Position numbers and translations under genes: made by a program. This document shows, piece by piece, positions 1 to 9,353 of a stretch of 64,000 nucleotides of DNA. Every line of letters starts with the position of its first letter. Position 1 is the stretch's first letter. The stretch lies in assembly GCA_977017575.1 (NCBI GenBank), contig CDRNVI010000038.1, positions 75,127 to 139,126 of the forward strand, written 5' to 3'. This DNA comes from Paramoeba atlantica (taxonomy: Eukaryota > Protista > Discosea). Below the pieces are notes generated by a model. That model searched no databases and was not told where the DNA came from. It worked only from the letters and a program-made list of their open reading frames with translations.

Positions 1-549
1 GTACTCAACGAAGTGCCGGATTTTCGTTGAGTACTCAACGAACGGAAATTCACGGTGGAAATCAAGGACTTTTGCATAAGTCAAGGACTTTTGTGGAACA
101 TCCAAGAATTTTTTTTTGATTTTCATTTTCCGTGCGTTCAGTATCCTACACTTCGCTATATACGTTGACAACGCCTGCGTAGCGAAAACTACGAAATTCA
201 GTGAGCTTCGCAAATTGCTTCCCACTAACGACGCACAGGGGAACCCTACGCGGGGTACGGCTCAGGCCCGCTCACGCGGGCCCTCGCCGTTTCGCGGCCG
301 CGCGCACCCCCGCTCACGCGGGGGCCCCCGCGCGGCCAAAATGGGTACTAAAATTTGTTATCAAGGTAGTTGGGCTTCGCAAATTGCTTCCCACGAATGG
401 ATACTAAAATTTGTTATCAAGGTAGTTGGTCAAGATTATCAAGATTATCAAGTAGTTATCAGTTAGGCCTTTCTTCCTCCTCCCTCTAAGGTCCTGCAGA
501 TTTTTTACGGTCACAGGGTACGTTCGTTGAGAAATCAACGAACGTACCC
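1..549. repeat. Palindrome- and short-direct-repeat-rich GC-rich segment
   Basis: 20-bp perfect palindrome ttcgttgagtactcaacgaa (23-42). 15-bp perfect stem with GAAA loop (516-549). 16-bp palindrome cgcgggggcccccgcg near 317-332. Direct repeats cttcgcaaattgcttcccac x2 and tactaaaatttgttatcaaggtagttgg x2. Confidence 0.7.
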
Positions 550-715
550 CCAAGCCAAAATGTGAAAGAAAACGGAAAGTCAGAATTCAGACAAAAAAAC
601 AAAAAATTATTGAATTTAAAATGAAATTATATGTTTCATGCAACGTGTTTTCAACAGCCAATGGAAAAATTCGTTCAAAAACAAAAAGTTAAAAAAGTCA
701 AAAAAAGTCAAAAAC

Positions 716-802
716 ACCTTCGATGAAGATTCATCGAAAGTGTACAACTTTCGATGTGCTTCATCGAAAGTGTACAACTTTCGATGAAGATTCATCGAAG
801 GT
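716..802. repeat. Tandemly expanded palindrome (ttcgatgaa/ttcatcgaa units), probably family C 3' region
   Basis: Same context (aaagtcaaaaacacc...aaggtcccc) as the single 26-bp perfect palindrome at 8916-8941; here several units alternate with catcgaaagtgtacaactttcgatg. Confidence 0.75.
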
Positions 803-1778
803 CCCCCCTAGCCCGGCGGTCCATGTCTAATTCTAAGCGGTCATGCTCGCTCAGTTTTGAGTCATCTTCCTCCATCCAGTTCTTGCGGGATTTTCTAACT
901 GAGCTCTGACGTCGGATTAAGTTCTGATGTACTGTTGCTAAAGAATCCCTGGGAGAATTTAAAAGTTTGTGCCAGATAGCGGATTTCTCTGATTCTGTCT
1001 TGGCTTTCGGATAAGCACCAATAATCGAGCGAAAAATTGCAACAACGTGTACTGAGAACGAAGAATCAATTAGCGAAAATCTGGGGAGGGGATCTAGGTC
1101 GCACCCATCGTCCGCTGTCTCAAAGCTTTCATTCAGGTCTGAGTTCTTCTCTTCTACGGATTCAACGGAGGGAGTCTTGATTTTGTTAATCTTCACTTCG
1201 TTAATCGACCAAATTTTGATCTTCGCGGATTGCGGAAGGTGAAGAAGACCAGCGGGTCCTTCGCTACCCTCTTTAGGTTTGTATGCAATCGTGAGCTTCA
1301 CTAAACCTCGACGCACCGTTCTCTTGGACACCGCACCTTCACTGGTATATGTCTCTTTCTCATTGAATCCCCATCGTATTTCGCACGTGCTACCCTTTCC
1401 CCAGTCCTTTATGATGTCGAGAACGCGATCCGGCGCCTTGGGAAACCTTCCGCTCGTTGCTAGCTGGTCACCGTCCGTGGACATCGTATCTGAGGTATCG
1501 CTGCCAAAGCTGTCTCGTGAATCGGCATCTGAGCTTACATTCGACGTGCAATCTATTGGAGACAAATATATTTCGGCATCATCGCGTGCTCTGGCCTTGA
1601 TTCGTTCTCGAGGTGGAAAGTCGTACGCTCCATGGTCTGCCCATGATTTCGAAAGTTCCTTCTCACTCGTCACTATTCTGATTCGCGGAATCTTCTTGGG
1701 ATTGGATTGTAAGCTATTCTTCCGATCAGGGTGTGAAAAGTTCACCCCTGGGAGAGTGTTGCCGTGGGGGGTGGACAT
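792..1778 (-). pseudogene. N-terminal part of a CRE-like non-LTR ORF (family C, copy C1), RT/endonuclease missing
   Basis: HVVAIFRSI..YPK...ESEK.AIWHKLL..PRDSLATV matches the region upstream of the RT at 11.8-12.0 kb. PKK.PRIR..WADH and MSTDG match 16634-17093. The ORF runs into the palindrome array. Confidence 0.75.
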
Positions 1779-1885
1779 AATTGTAAGAGTAAGAAAACAA
1801 CAAGCAACAAGGTACAGAAAAGAAAAGAAAACAAGGTACAGAAAAGAAACTCGCGAAATGCAAAAGTTTTTGTTGAATTATAACG

Positions 1886-4800
1886 TTTTTTTTTTTTTTT
1901 TTTAAAGTAATAATTTATAATTCTCAGAAATCAAAATTTCCATTGTACAATTCTTTTCGTAAACTTTTAATAGATAAATAGATAATTTAAGTTTTCTGGT
2001 TTGTTGATTTTTTTGTTGAAGCTTACGCGTCTTTGTAAGCTTATGTATTAAATATATAATTTTACTAAAGTATTAATCTGTTTGACTCAAAAACCATAAT
2101 TTTCTGTTCCATTCGACGCTAAGTATTTGCGGAGTTGCGAGTATACAGCAGCTCCGTTGAGGTCCTGTAATAGAAGTTTAAAGTCGGCCTCTACGGTTTT
2201 TCTATTTTGCACTGTTGCGTCGGCCAAAGCGTAGAGGAGATTTCTTGTTGTTGTGCTCAGTCCTCCGCTGGATAAAACTGGTAGGCACTGAAATGCTCCT
2301 GATGAAATTAGTCCGCTTGCGACATAATGTCCATGTTTTCGTTCTGTGGCTTCCTTCATTAGTTTCGAGCAATTAGAGTTGATGTGCGACGGAGAAAGGT
2401 CATGGACAACGGTAAGGTCGTAGAAAATTTCCCCGCTGGCCCAGTAAATCAAGAGATCAGGTCCTGATCGATGGAAAGTTCGTCCAGCACATGTTCTTTG
2501 ATGAATGACCTTGTTCTCGTAGTTAACATTTGCGTTGCATGCTTGACACGTCCACATGGTGAAGGCCCGAGGTTCGATCTCACATGGAATTCCAGCCCGA
2601 ATACATAGGTCACCAATGTACTTGACAAGAGCGTTGTGTTTTACGGTTGCGTTGAGTCCGGAGCATCGGACACATCCAGGGATGTGGGTGAGGGCCGTGT
2701 TGCCGTCTAATATAATCTTGCACCCGGGGCAGGTGAGGTTTCGAGGTAATTTGGGATGGACAATTCCAAGTCGCGGCATGATCGTAAGTTCAAAGTTCCG
2801 TGGAGGTACGAGTCTGGTGTTTGACATGAGCCAGTCGTTATTGCCTTTGTATGAGGTAACTTTGAGAATGGCGGCAAGCTTTGGTTCGTGCATGAGTTTT
2901 TCCCAAGTTTTATTGTGCAGCTTAACAGTTTCTGTTATATCGTCTTCGGGAGGTCGTAGTACCGTCATTTTTCTTTCGTGTATGAGATGTTCGGCTTGTG
3001 TCGTAGTCTTCTTCATTGTGTGAGCTCGAGCAGAAAAGGAATTTTGGCGCTCTTGAGCTGCATACTTTGAAGAAGTGTGTGCGGCTTCTCGTAGTGGATG
3101 CGTGGCGGTTAATCCTAGCCCTCCTTTCTTAACTGGCAATCGCGCGATTTCAACCTGTTGATTCTGTAAAGGTCCTAACCAATGTGTCAAAACCCCTTCA
3201 ATTTCTTTGTCAAACTGCGATGTGAGAGCATCTGTGGTACTTGGGTGTTGAACTCTCATCAGATACTGCTGTCGTACATTAACACAACGCGTCAGTATAT
3301 TAAGTGAGACGTTGCTGAGGCCCATTTTCTTAAGCCGTCGGAAGATGTCATCGTGTTTTTGCAACTTTTTGAGTAATTGTTCACTAATGGTTTCATCTTC
3401 TCCAACATAAGCACCTAGGATCTTCGTAACAGTTGTCTCCTCTGCAAGACCGAGCGATGATAGTTTGGCGGGTATCGCATGTCGTGTTTGTCCTCCAAAC
3501 CACACGCACTTTTGCAGTGAGAAGTTCAATTGACGTTCCGACATTAAAGCTTGCAGTCGTATAAAGGCTTTTTCTAATTGGTCTGGATCCGTTGATACGA
3601 GCGTTATGTCATCGATGAACGCAGAGATTTCAATGGTCGGGAACTCCATTGACAGCGTTTCCAATATCGGCTGCAAGAATGCGCAGAAATATAGAGTAGC
3701 CAATGGTGAACCTTGGCGTACCCCGGCAGTGCTAGAAACGATACCTTCCAATTTGCCTCCATGTCCGTAGTACAGCATTTCAGATGCCTCAGAATATTCC
3801 ATAGCAAAGAAACGCTGAAAGGGGCGGAGGGTGCTCATTCCGAATACGTGTTTCGCTATGTCATCTCGACTGGGTGAATTGAATGCGTTCTTTATATCGA
3901 CCGTTAAGATGCAATGTCCACTTGTGTATTTTTCATGTAGCTTGTGAACGATTTTTTCGCAGCCAGCTTTGGATAATATGCCTTACTGCATTGGCTCGAA
4001 TAGACATCCTAAGGTGGCTTCGTAGCGTTGCAGTAATGTAATCCCAGCTAGCTTTCCAAGAACTTCACCCATCGCGACTGGCCTGACGCCTCCATCCGGT
4101 TTCGGAATTGCCACTAGACGAGCGCGATTAATTCGTGTTCGGACTTCTTTAGAGACAAATCCGTTTATCAAGTCCGCGATCATATGACACAAGTTTAGAC
4201 AACACACTTCATCGTCCAATAGGATTCGAATTATACCATCTGTTGTTCCCGTCGGACCGGGGCTAACGCCTTTCGCTAGTCTTCTGCCTGCTTCTCGAAG
4301 TTCATTAGTGGATATTCCCACAATAATGGGAGCGTCATTGGGGACTGTAAAAGTGCAGGCTTTCTGTGGATGAAGGAGCTCTAGTTTTCCTAACGTTTCT
4401 TGATTGGTCAAGGTGTTTGGTTTGAACTTTCTGTCCAGTACTTTCGCAGCCTTTGACACGCAGCCTTCAAGGACCAGTTTCGTCGCTCGCTTGATGGCGC
4501 GTGTGTCGTCAGTCGTGTTCGTATTTTCTGAACTCGTTTCATTCGTTTCCGGCAATGGTCTCCGTCGTCTTTGTCGCTCACTCATTTGTCGTACGTTCGC
4601 TAGTGAGAGTTTCATAGCTGACAGGATTCTATGCCATATCTGATTGCGCTGATCGTAGTTGCTGTCTCCGTAATCGCGTACTATGTTGCGGTATGTTGCC
4701 GTCACGCACGGTATTATTTCAGGGGTGAGAGTGCGCGCTGTGGGTATGGGTTGAAAATCAGTATCTTCATCCGACCAAAATGTGTTTATTTCCCCCATTG

Positions 4801-5283
4801 GATGATGCAACATTTCGAGTTCACTGTTCTTCGGTTCAATGCCATCAATGGGAGGCGGAGCACGATGCCAGAGAATTTTATAGATTCTTACACTTTCTTG
4901 GCTCGGCAACGATCCAGAGAATTCTTCTCCAACTTGATGTCCGTGCACTCCGGTGTACTGTATGAACAATTTTCGAGTTCCTTTTCGAGAATACGTTCTT
5001 GTGACCTTTCCGAGCGCGATGTTCATTTCTTCCTGCCTGTCAAACGCCCACGCTACAGTACAGATCGTTCCTGTTTTTATGTCTTGTAGATGTCTTTGGA
5101 TTTCATCTGGTGGAATCGGAAATTGAGAAACAGGGTCAGTCGTTGTCAGTATTTTGTTTATCTCTTCTGTGCTATAGCCGATGTTGTCTCCAACGTAGCT
5201 GATTCCTCGTGAATTTCCGTCATTCGACGTAATTGAAACATACGCATTGGAAATTTCTTGCGCTGTGGATGGAGTGTGGATCG
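1886..5283 (-). mobile_element. 5'-truncated CRE/SLACS-like non-LTR retrotransposon with poly(A) tail and 11-bp TSD
   Basis: T18 at 1886-1903; TSD attataacgtt at 1877-1887 and 5284-5294; RT motifs QGSPL and FIDD, RLPVKKGGLGL, CPGC..H..C, RSGPDL..YD endonuclease. Confidence 0.9.
2087..5283 (-). pseudogene. RT-RLE polyprotein with a single in-frame TAA (3983-3985)
   Basis: ORFs 3983..5026 and 2087..3838 are in the same frame. Read-through gives EPMQ*GILSKAGCE versus PMQQGVF..AGCE in paralogues. The frame stays open to the 5' truncation. Confidence 0.85.
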
Positions 5284-5688
5284 ATTATAACGTTATAACG
5301 CTTTAGAGCGTTGTTGTTTCTGAATTTAAAAGAGATACCTATTTACATTCAGAAATATTTAAATTCGTAAACAGGTATATTCATCAAATTTAGCATTTCA
5401 GAAACACCAACAAAACAAAATCGTTGATTTTTTACATATAAAAAATCCTTTTATGAATAAAATATCTTTTTCATATGAATACGATCTCCATGCGAAGCGA
5501 TCGAAACATGTTAGAACCCAATAAGTAAAACCTATAAATTTACGATTTTGTATGTTGGAGATAATACATCCTTACACTAAATGGTAAGATTTTCTTGATA
5601 AAGAAACTCGCGAAATGCAAAAGTTTTTGTTGAATTATAACGTTATAACGCTTTAGAGCGTTGTTGTTTCTGAATTTAAAAGAGATAC
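5284..5688. repeat. AT-rich ~350-bp tandem host repeat (one full unit plus part of the next; further parts at 1843-1887 and 8624-8780)
   Basis: ttataacgctttagagcg recurs at a 350-bp period (5293 vs 5643). 8624-8780 repeats 5310-5466. 1843-1885 repeats the unit end. Confidence 0.85.
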
Positions 5689-8556
5689 ATGGCCATGCCT
5701 GTCGCTCTCGTTCCCATGGCGTGAGGGTTCATCTGCTATGTTTTTCTCGGAGCAAATCCAACGGACCTCCTTGAGATAACCAGGTAGGAAAAACACGTGG
5801 TATAACCGGCGTAGCCACTCCATAATTAGCGGGGGTCCTGCCTTCCATTTGGACAGCCATGCCACAACGTTCTTATTATCTGATATCAGTGTACAAGCCT
5901 TGATTTTTCTTTCCTTTACCAGTTTTAAGCCCATCTCTGCTGCGAATAGCTCCTTATATGCAATAGGCTTATCTCTGAGCCAGGCCGCAAAATTTCCAGA
6001 GCGATACTGAAGACTTCCGCCCTGCAGCCATGCTAGTCCCCACCCCTTCTCGGAAGCATCACAATACAATTCAAAGGTACTGGTTTCTCCCCTCTCCAAT
6101 TTTCTAGGGGTGTTTGCCTCCACTCTATCGATTAGCGTAATAAGGCTCGAGATGAATTTCTGGGACATCTGGCATGGTAAATCCCATAAGACTGGCTTAG
6201 CTGCCAATCTGCGTGCTCTCCCCTTCAGCCAATACATCACAGTTGGAAATTCGCACTGAGTAATACCTAACACTCTAGTTGCCCAGAACAGGGTCCCCAA
6301 CACTTTCCAGATTAGTCGGTGCGTCGGCAAGCGATGCTGTTGCGCTAGTAACTTGAATGCCTCGCGTAAGTGTTTTAATTTATCAATAAACTGAACCGGC
6401 AGTGAGAGTTTCTTTTCCTCTAGATTTACCTCAATGCCTAATACTGTGCCCTTACTGGTGGGCTTCGTGGTGACCGCAATTTCGGCGCCAACCTGCTTCG
6501 CACGTTGCAAAGTTTGGCTCAGGTCATCCTCTACATCCTCCTGGCTGGTTCCAAAACGGTAACAATTGTCAATAAAAGTCAGTGGATGTGAATTACTAAC
6601 CGGAAGGTTGTGGATCAAGCTTGTAGCCGCATGACCAATTTTTACCGAAGAATGCCATCCCATGGGCAATGTGGCCCAACCATATGTCCTTCCCTTAATG
6701 CGAACGGCCAAGTAGGGCAGAACATCTTCTGGAAGCCCAAACTGATGGTACCAATTTCTTCCATCCGTCTCCCCGAAGAATTTGTTTTCCAGGACCGCCT
6801 TTTCAATATCCTGCAAGCTCGCTAACGTTAAAGGTCCTGGGACTATAGATTGTATCTCGTTGAGAGGAATCGCATTCAAGATCACACGCATGGTTTTCTT
6901 CTTCGGCTTGGGAATCAAAAATGCTGTCATCCATATTTTTGCGGTTCTCCGTGGGATTCTCTTTATTACCCCGGACCTCACCATCTCCTCCACGAAAGGT
7001 TCCAGCCTCTTCGATTCACCGCGATAACGAGGATCGTAATCCTTCCTCAACAAGCCCTTAAACTTATTCGCGTCCTGCACGAAACCGAATATTTTCTTTT
7101 CTTCTCTCACATCGCTTCCAGTTTTCAGTAGAAGTAGTTCTTCTACATTTACCCGTTTTACATCAATCGGATCGATTGGCCAGTTCTCTTTTCTGGGATG
7201 GTTTCTCTCTCCAAAAAACGTCCTGCGCATAAAACTCGCATAGGTATAGGATACAAAATCACAGAGTATCCTCCAAGGAGAGGTGCCGGCACCGACAGGT
7301 GCGGCGACGCCAGCTCGCCCGTGGTGCTGAGCCGCGTTTAATGAGGACTCTTCCTGAGCCCTATTCCCATACCCGCGTGGCATGAGTAATCGCCCGGGTT
7401 CCTTCCCGGCGCCCTGAATCATGTCGTCCGATTTACCTTGTTTGGTATCCTCCATGTGGGACTTTTTCTTCCCCACAATATTTCTGCGTCTCAGGGGTCT
7501 TTTCTTCCCTTCTTTTGTCGCTTCCACGCCTATGCTCGTGCGATGGGAAACATTCTCACCTAAACTCTTAAATTTCTTGGGAAAATCATCCTTACCTGGG
7601 TAAATAGATAGACTGGTCTCATCACGTGCTTTACCAGTACCATCTCCCGGAAATGTTTCACTAGGTGATTTTCCAGAATCGTCTCGAACAGAAACTCTAA
7701 TAAGGCCCGTTCCATAATTTCCTTGGCTCGGTATGTGTCGAGAACGCCTACCTTGAATCCCTTTCCTACTGGAGCTGTTTCCTTTTGAGGGCTGAGTCTT
7801 ACGCGAAAGCGGAGGCCGGACTTTAAGGTTATGCGACCTCGGTACGGTTTCTCTTTCCGAGGCGAGCTTCGTGCATTTTCTTTCGTAGAAAAGGGCCCGC
7901 GGGAGAGTTTGATCTTTCTCGAGGCGCCTTAATTCCATGTGCCCCCTTTTAAGCCCCCTTGGAGGTGGATTTTCCTGCGCGTATCTCCTTCGCACTCGAG
8001 CGCGCCGGCGGTTCTTCCCATCTCTCCTCGCGATGACGTTAGCCTCGTGAAACCTCATCATTTCACGCTGAGCCTGAAGATATTTCCCCTCGAGGGTATC
8101 AGCTCTAAGAGCCTCCTTCCAGTAGTCGCCAAATTTCCGACCCATTCTGTGTTTTATTCGCAAATAATGTATCACCTCCATAGATGGTTCAATCGAACGC
8201 ATCGTGATAAACAAACCCGCCCTCGCACGAGAACAGCAATCAGCTAGGTGAGCTGCAATGGTATCAAGCGCCAGATCTAGACTTACGATATCTCTCGATA
8301 CTGATGAGGGATCTGCAGAGTGCCCGAAACACTTTCGCACCTCGTGCCTAAGCTTTCCAATAAGATTCTTTCTATAAAGATCACTGCAAAAATGTTCGAA
8401 CTTCCAATTTTGCGGCTTGAGGAGGATATCGGTCGACAGGTCGTGACAACTAGGGTCATAACTTCCGAATAACTTTTTTGGTGAGCTCACCCCTGAAACT
8501 CGCAATCCAACTCCTGAGATTTCTCCTTCACCATTAGTGTAGCACGCCATGGGCAC
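5653..8556 (-). CDS. 967-aa gag-like + DIRS-type reverse transcriptase + RNase H fusion
   Basis: HFCSDLYR.NLIG.L.HE.RK.FG gag block shared with 45960..46745; RT LPMGW..S and FIDN; RNase H CDAS..GWG, KEL, SDN, NIADEPSR. Confidence 0.85.
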   Translation of the reverse strand: MPMACYTNGEGEISGVGLRVSGVSSPKKLFGSYDPSCHDLSTDILLKPQNWKFEHFCSDLYRKNLIGKLRHEVRKCFGHSADPSSVSRDIVSLDLALDTIAAHLADCCSRARAGLFITMRSIEPSMEVIHYLRIKHRMGRKFGDYWKEALRADTLEGKYLQAQREMMRFHEANVIARRDGKNRRRARVRRRYAQENPPPRGLKRGHMELRRLEKDQTLPRALFYERKCTKLASERETVPRSHNLKVRPPLSRKTQPSKGNSSSRKGIQGRRSRHIPSQGNYGTGLIRVSVRDDSGKSPSETFPGDGTGKARDETSLSIYPGKDDFPKKFKSLGENVSHRTSIGVEATKEGKKRPLRRRNIVGKKKSHMEDTKQGKSDDMIQGAGKEPGRLLMPRGYGNRAQEESSLNAAQHHGRAGVAAPVGAGTSPWRILCDFVSYTYASFMRRTFFGERNHPRKENWPIDPIDVKRVNVEELLLLKTGSDVREEKKIFGFVQDANKFKGLLRKDYDPRYRGESKRLEPFVEEMVRSGVIKRIPRRTAKIWMTAFLIPKPKKKTMRVILNAIPLNEIQSIVPGPLTLASLQDIEKAVLENKFFGETDGRNWYHQFGLPEDVLPYLAVRIKGRTYGWATLPMGWHSSVKIGHAATSLIHNLPVSNSHPLTFIDNCYRFGTSQEDVEDDLSQTLQRAKQVGAEIAVTTKPTSKGTVLGIEVNLEEKKLSLPVQFIDKLKHLREAFKLLAQQHRLPTHRLIWKVLGTLFWATRVLGITQCEFPTVMYWLKGRARRLAAKPVLWDLPCQMSQKFISSLITLIDRVEANTPRKLERGETSTFELYCDASEKGWGLAWLQGGSLQYRSGNFAAWLRDKPIAYKELFAAEMGLKLVKERKIKACTLISDNKNVVAWLSKWKAGPPLIMEWLRRLYHVFFLPGYLKEVRWICSEKNIADEPSRHGNESDRHGHVSLLNSETTTL

Positions 8557-8623
8557 GGGGGCTGACCCTCGGACGGTTCGATGAAAAGACGGTACTCTAG
8601 GAGTTTCGAGAACAGGACGATGT
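5689..8623 (-). mobile_element. DIRS-group retroelement YR-1 (gag-RT-RNaseH, no recognisable YR) flanked by a 29-bp direct repeat
   Basis: gttgttgtttctgaatttaaaagagatac at 5660-5688 and 8624-8652; protein homologous to the 42-46.7 kb element. Confidence 0.85.
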
Positions 8624-8954
8624 GTTGTTGTTTCTGAATTTAAAAGAGATACCTATTTACATTCAGAAATATTTAAATTCGTAAACAGGTATATTCATCA
8701 AATTTAGCATTTCAGAAACACCAACAAAACAAAATCGTTGATTTTTTACATATAAAAAATCCTTTTATGAATAAAATATCTTTTTTTTTTTTTTTTTTTT
8801 TGCCATATTCCAAATAAAAAATCCGCATGAAATGTTTGAAGATGGGATATTGAAAACTTCCGCGAAAAACGTTTGCGTGAAGATTTGAAAAAATAAAATA
8901 AAAAAGGTCAAAAACACCTTCGATGAAGCTTCATCGAAGGTCCCCACTACCCAA

Positions 8955-9353
8955 CATCATCTGGTATTTTTATCTTATGTGCCGTCATTACTGTTTTTTT
9001 TGTGTTATCTTGTGTGCTTTTGGCCCGATTTCCGGAGTAACTTCAAAGATTCAGCATTGTAGACTTCCTACCCAATGTTCTTGGGCCATATATATAAACT
9101 TTTACAACTTGATAAAATTGATAACCATTGCACATACTCAGTTTCACTTTTTATCTATCTTTATCACCAATGTCTGTCCTAAGATGTTGCAACGTCTTGA
9201 GATTAAAACCAAATCATCATCTGGCATTTTAGCTTATGTGCCGTCATCACTGTTTTTTTGTGTGTTATCTTGTGTGCTTTTGGCACGATTTCCGGAGCAA
9301 CTTCAAAGATTCAGCATTGCAGACTTCCTACCCAATGTTCTTGGGCCATATAT
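8955..9353. repeat. 139-bp direct duplication of the ORF end/3'UTR of C2 (8955-9093 and 9215-9353)
   Basis: catcatctgg...ttgggccatatat present twice with a few substitutions, 260 bp apart. Confidence 0.85.

Noticed and set aside
5485-5503. Conserved 19-mer (reverse complement gatcgcttcgcatggagat) as a U2 or U6 snRNA start
   Set aside because: Only ATCGCTTC matches U2. The branch-pairing GTAGTA and U6 ACAGAGA boxes are absent.
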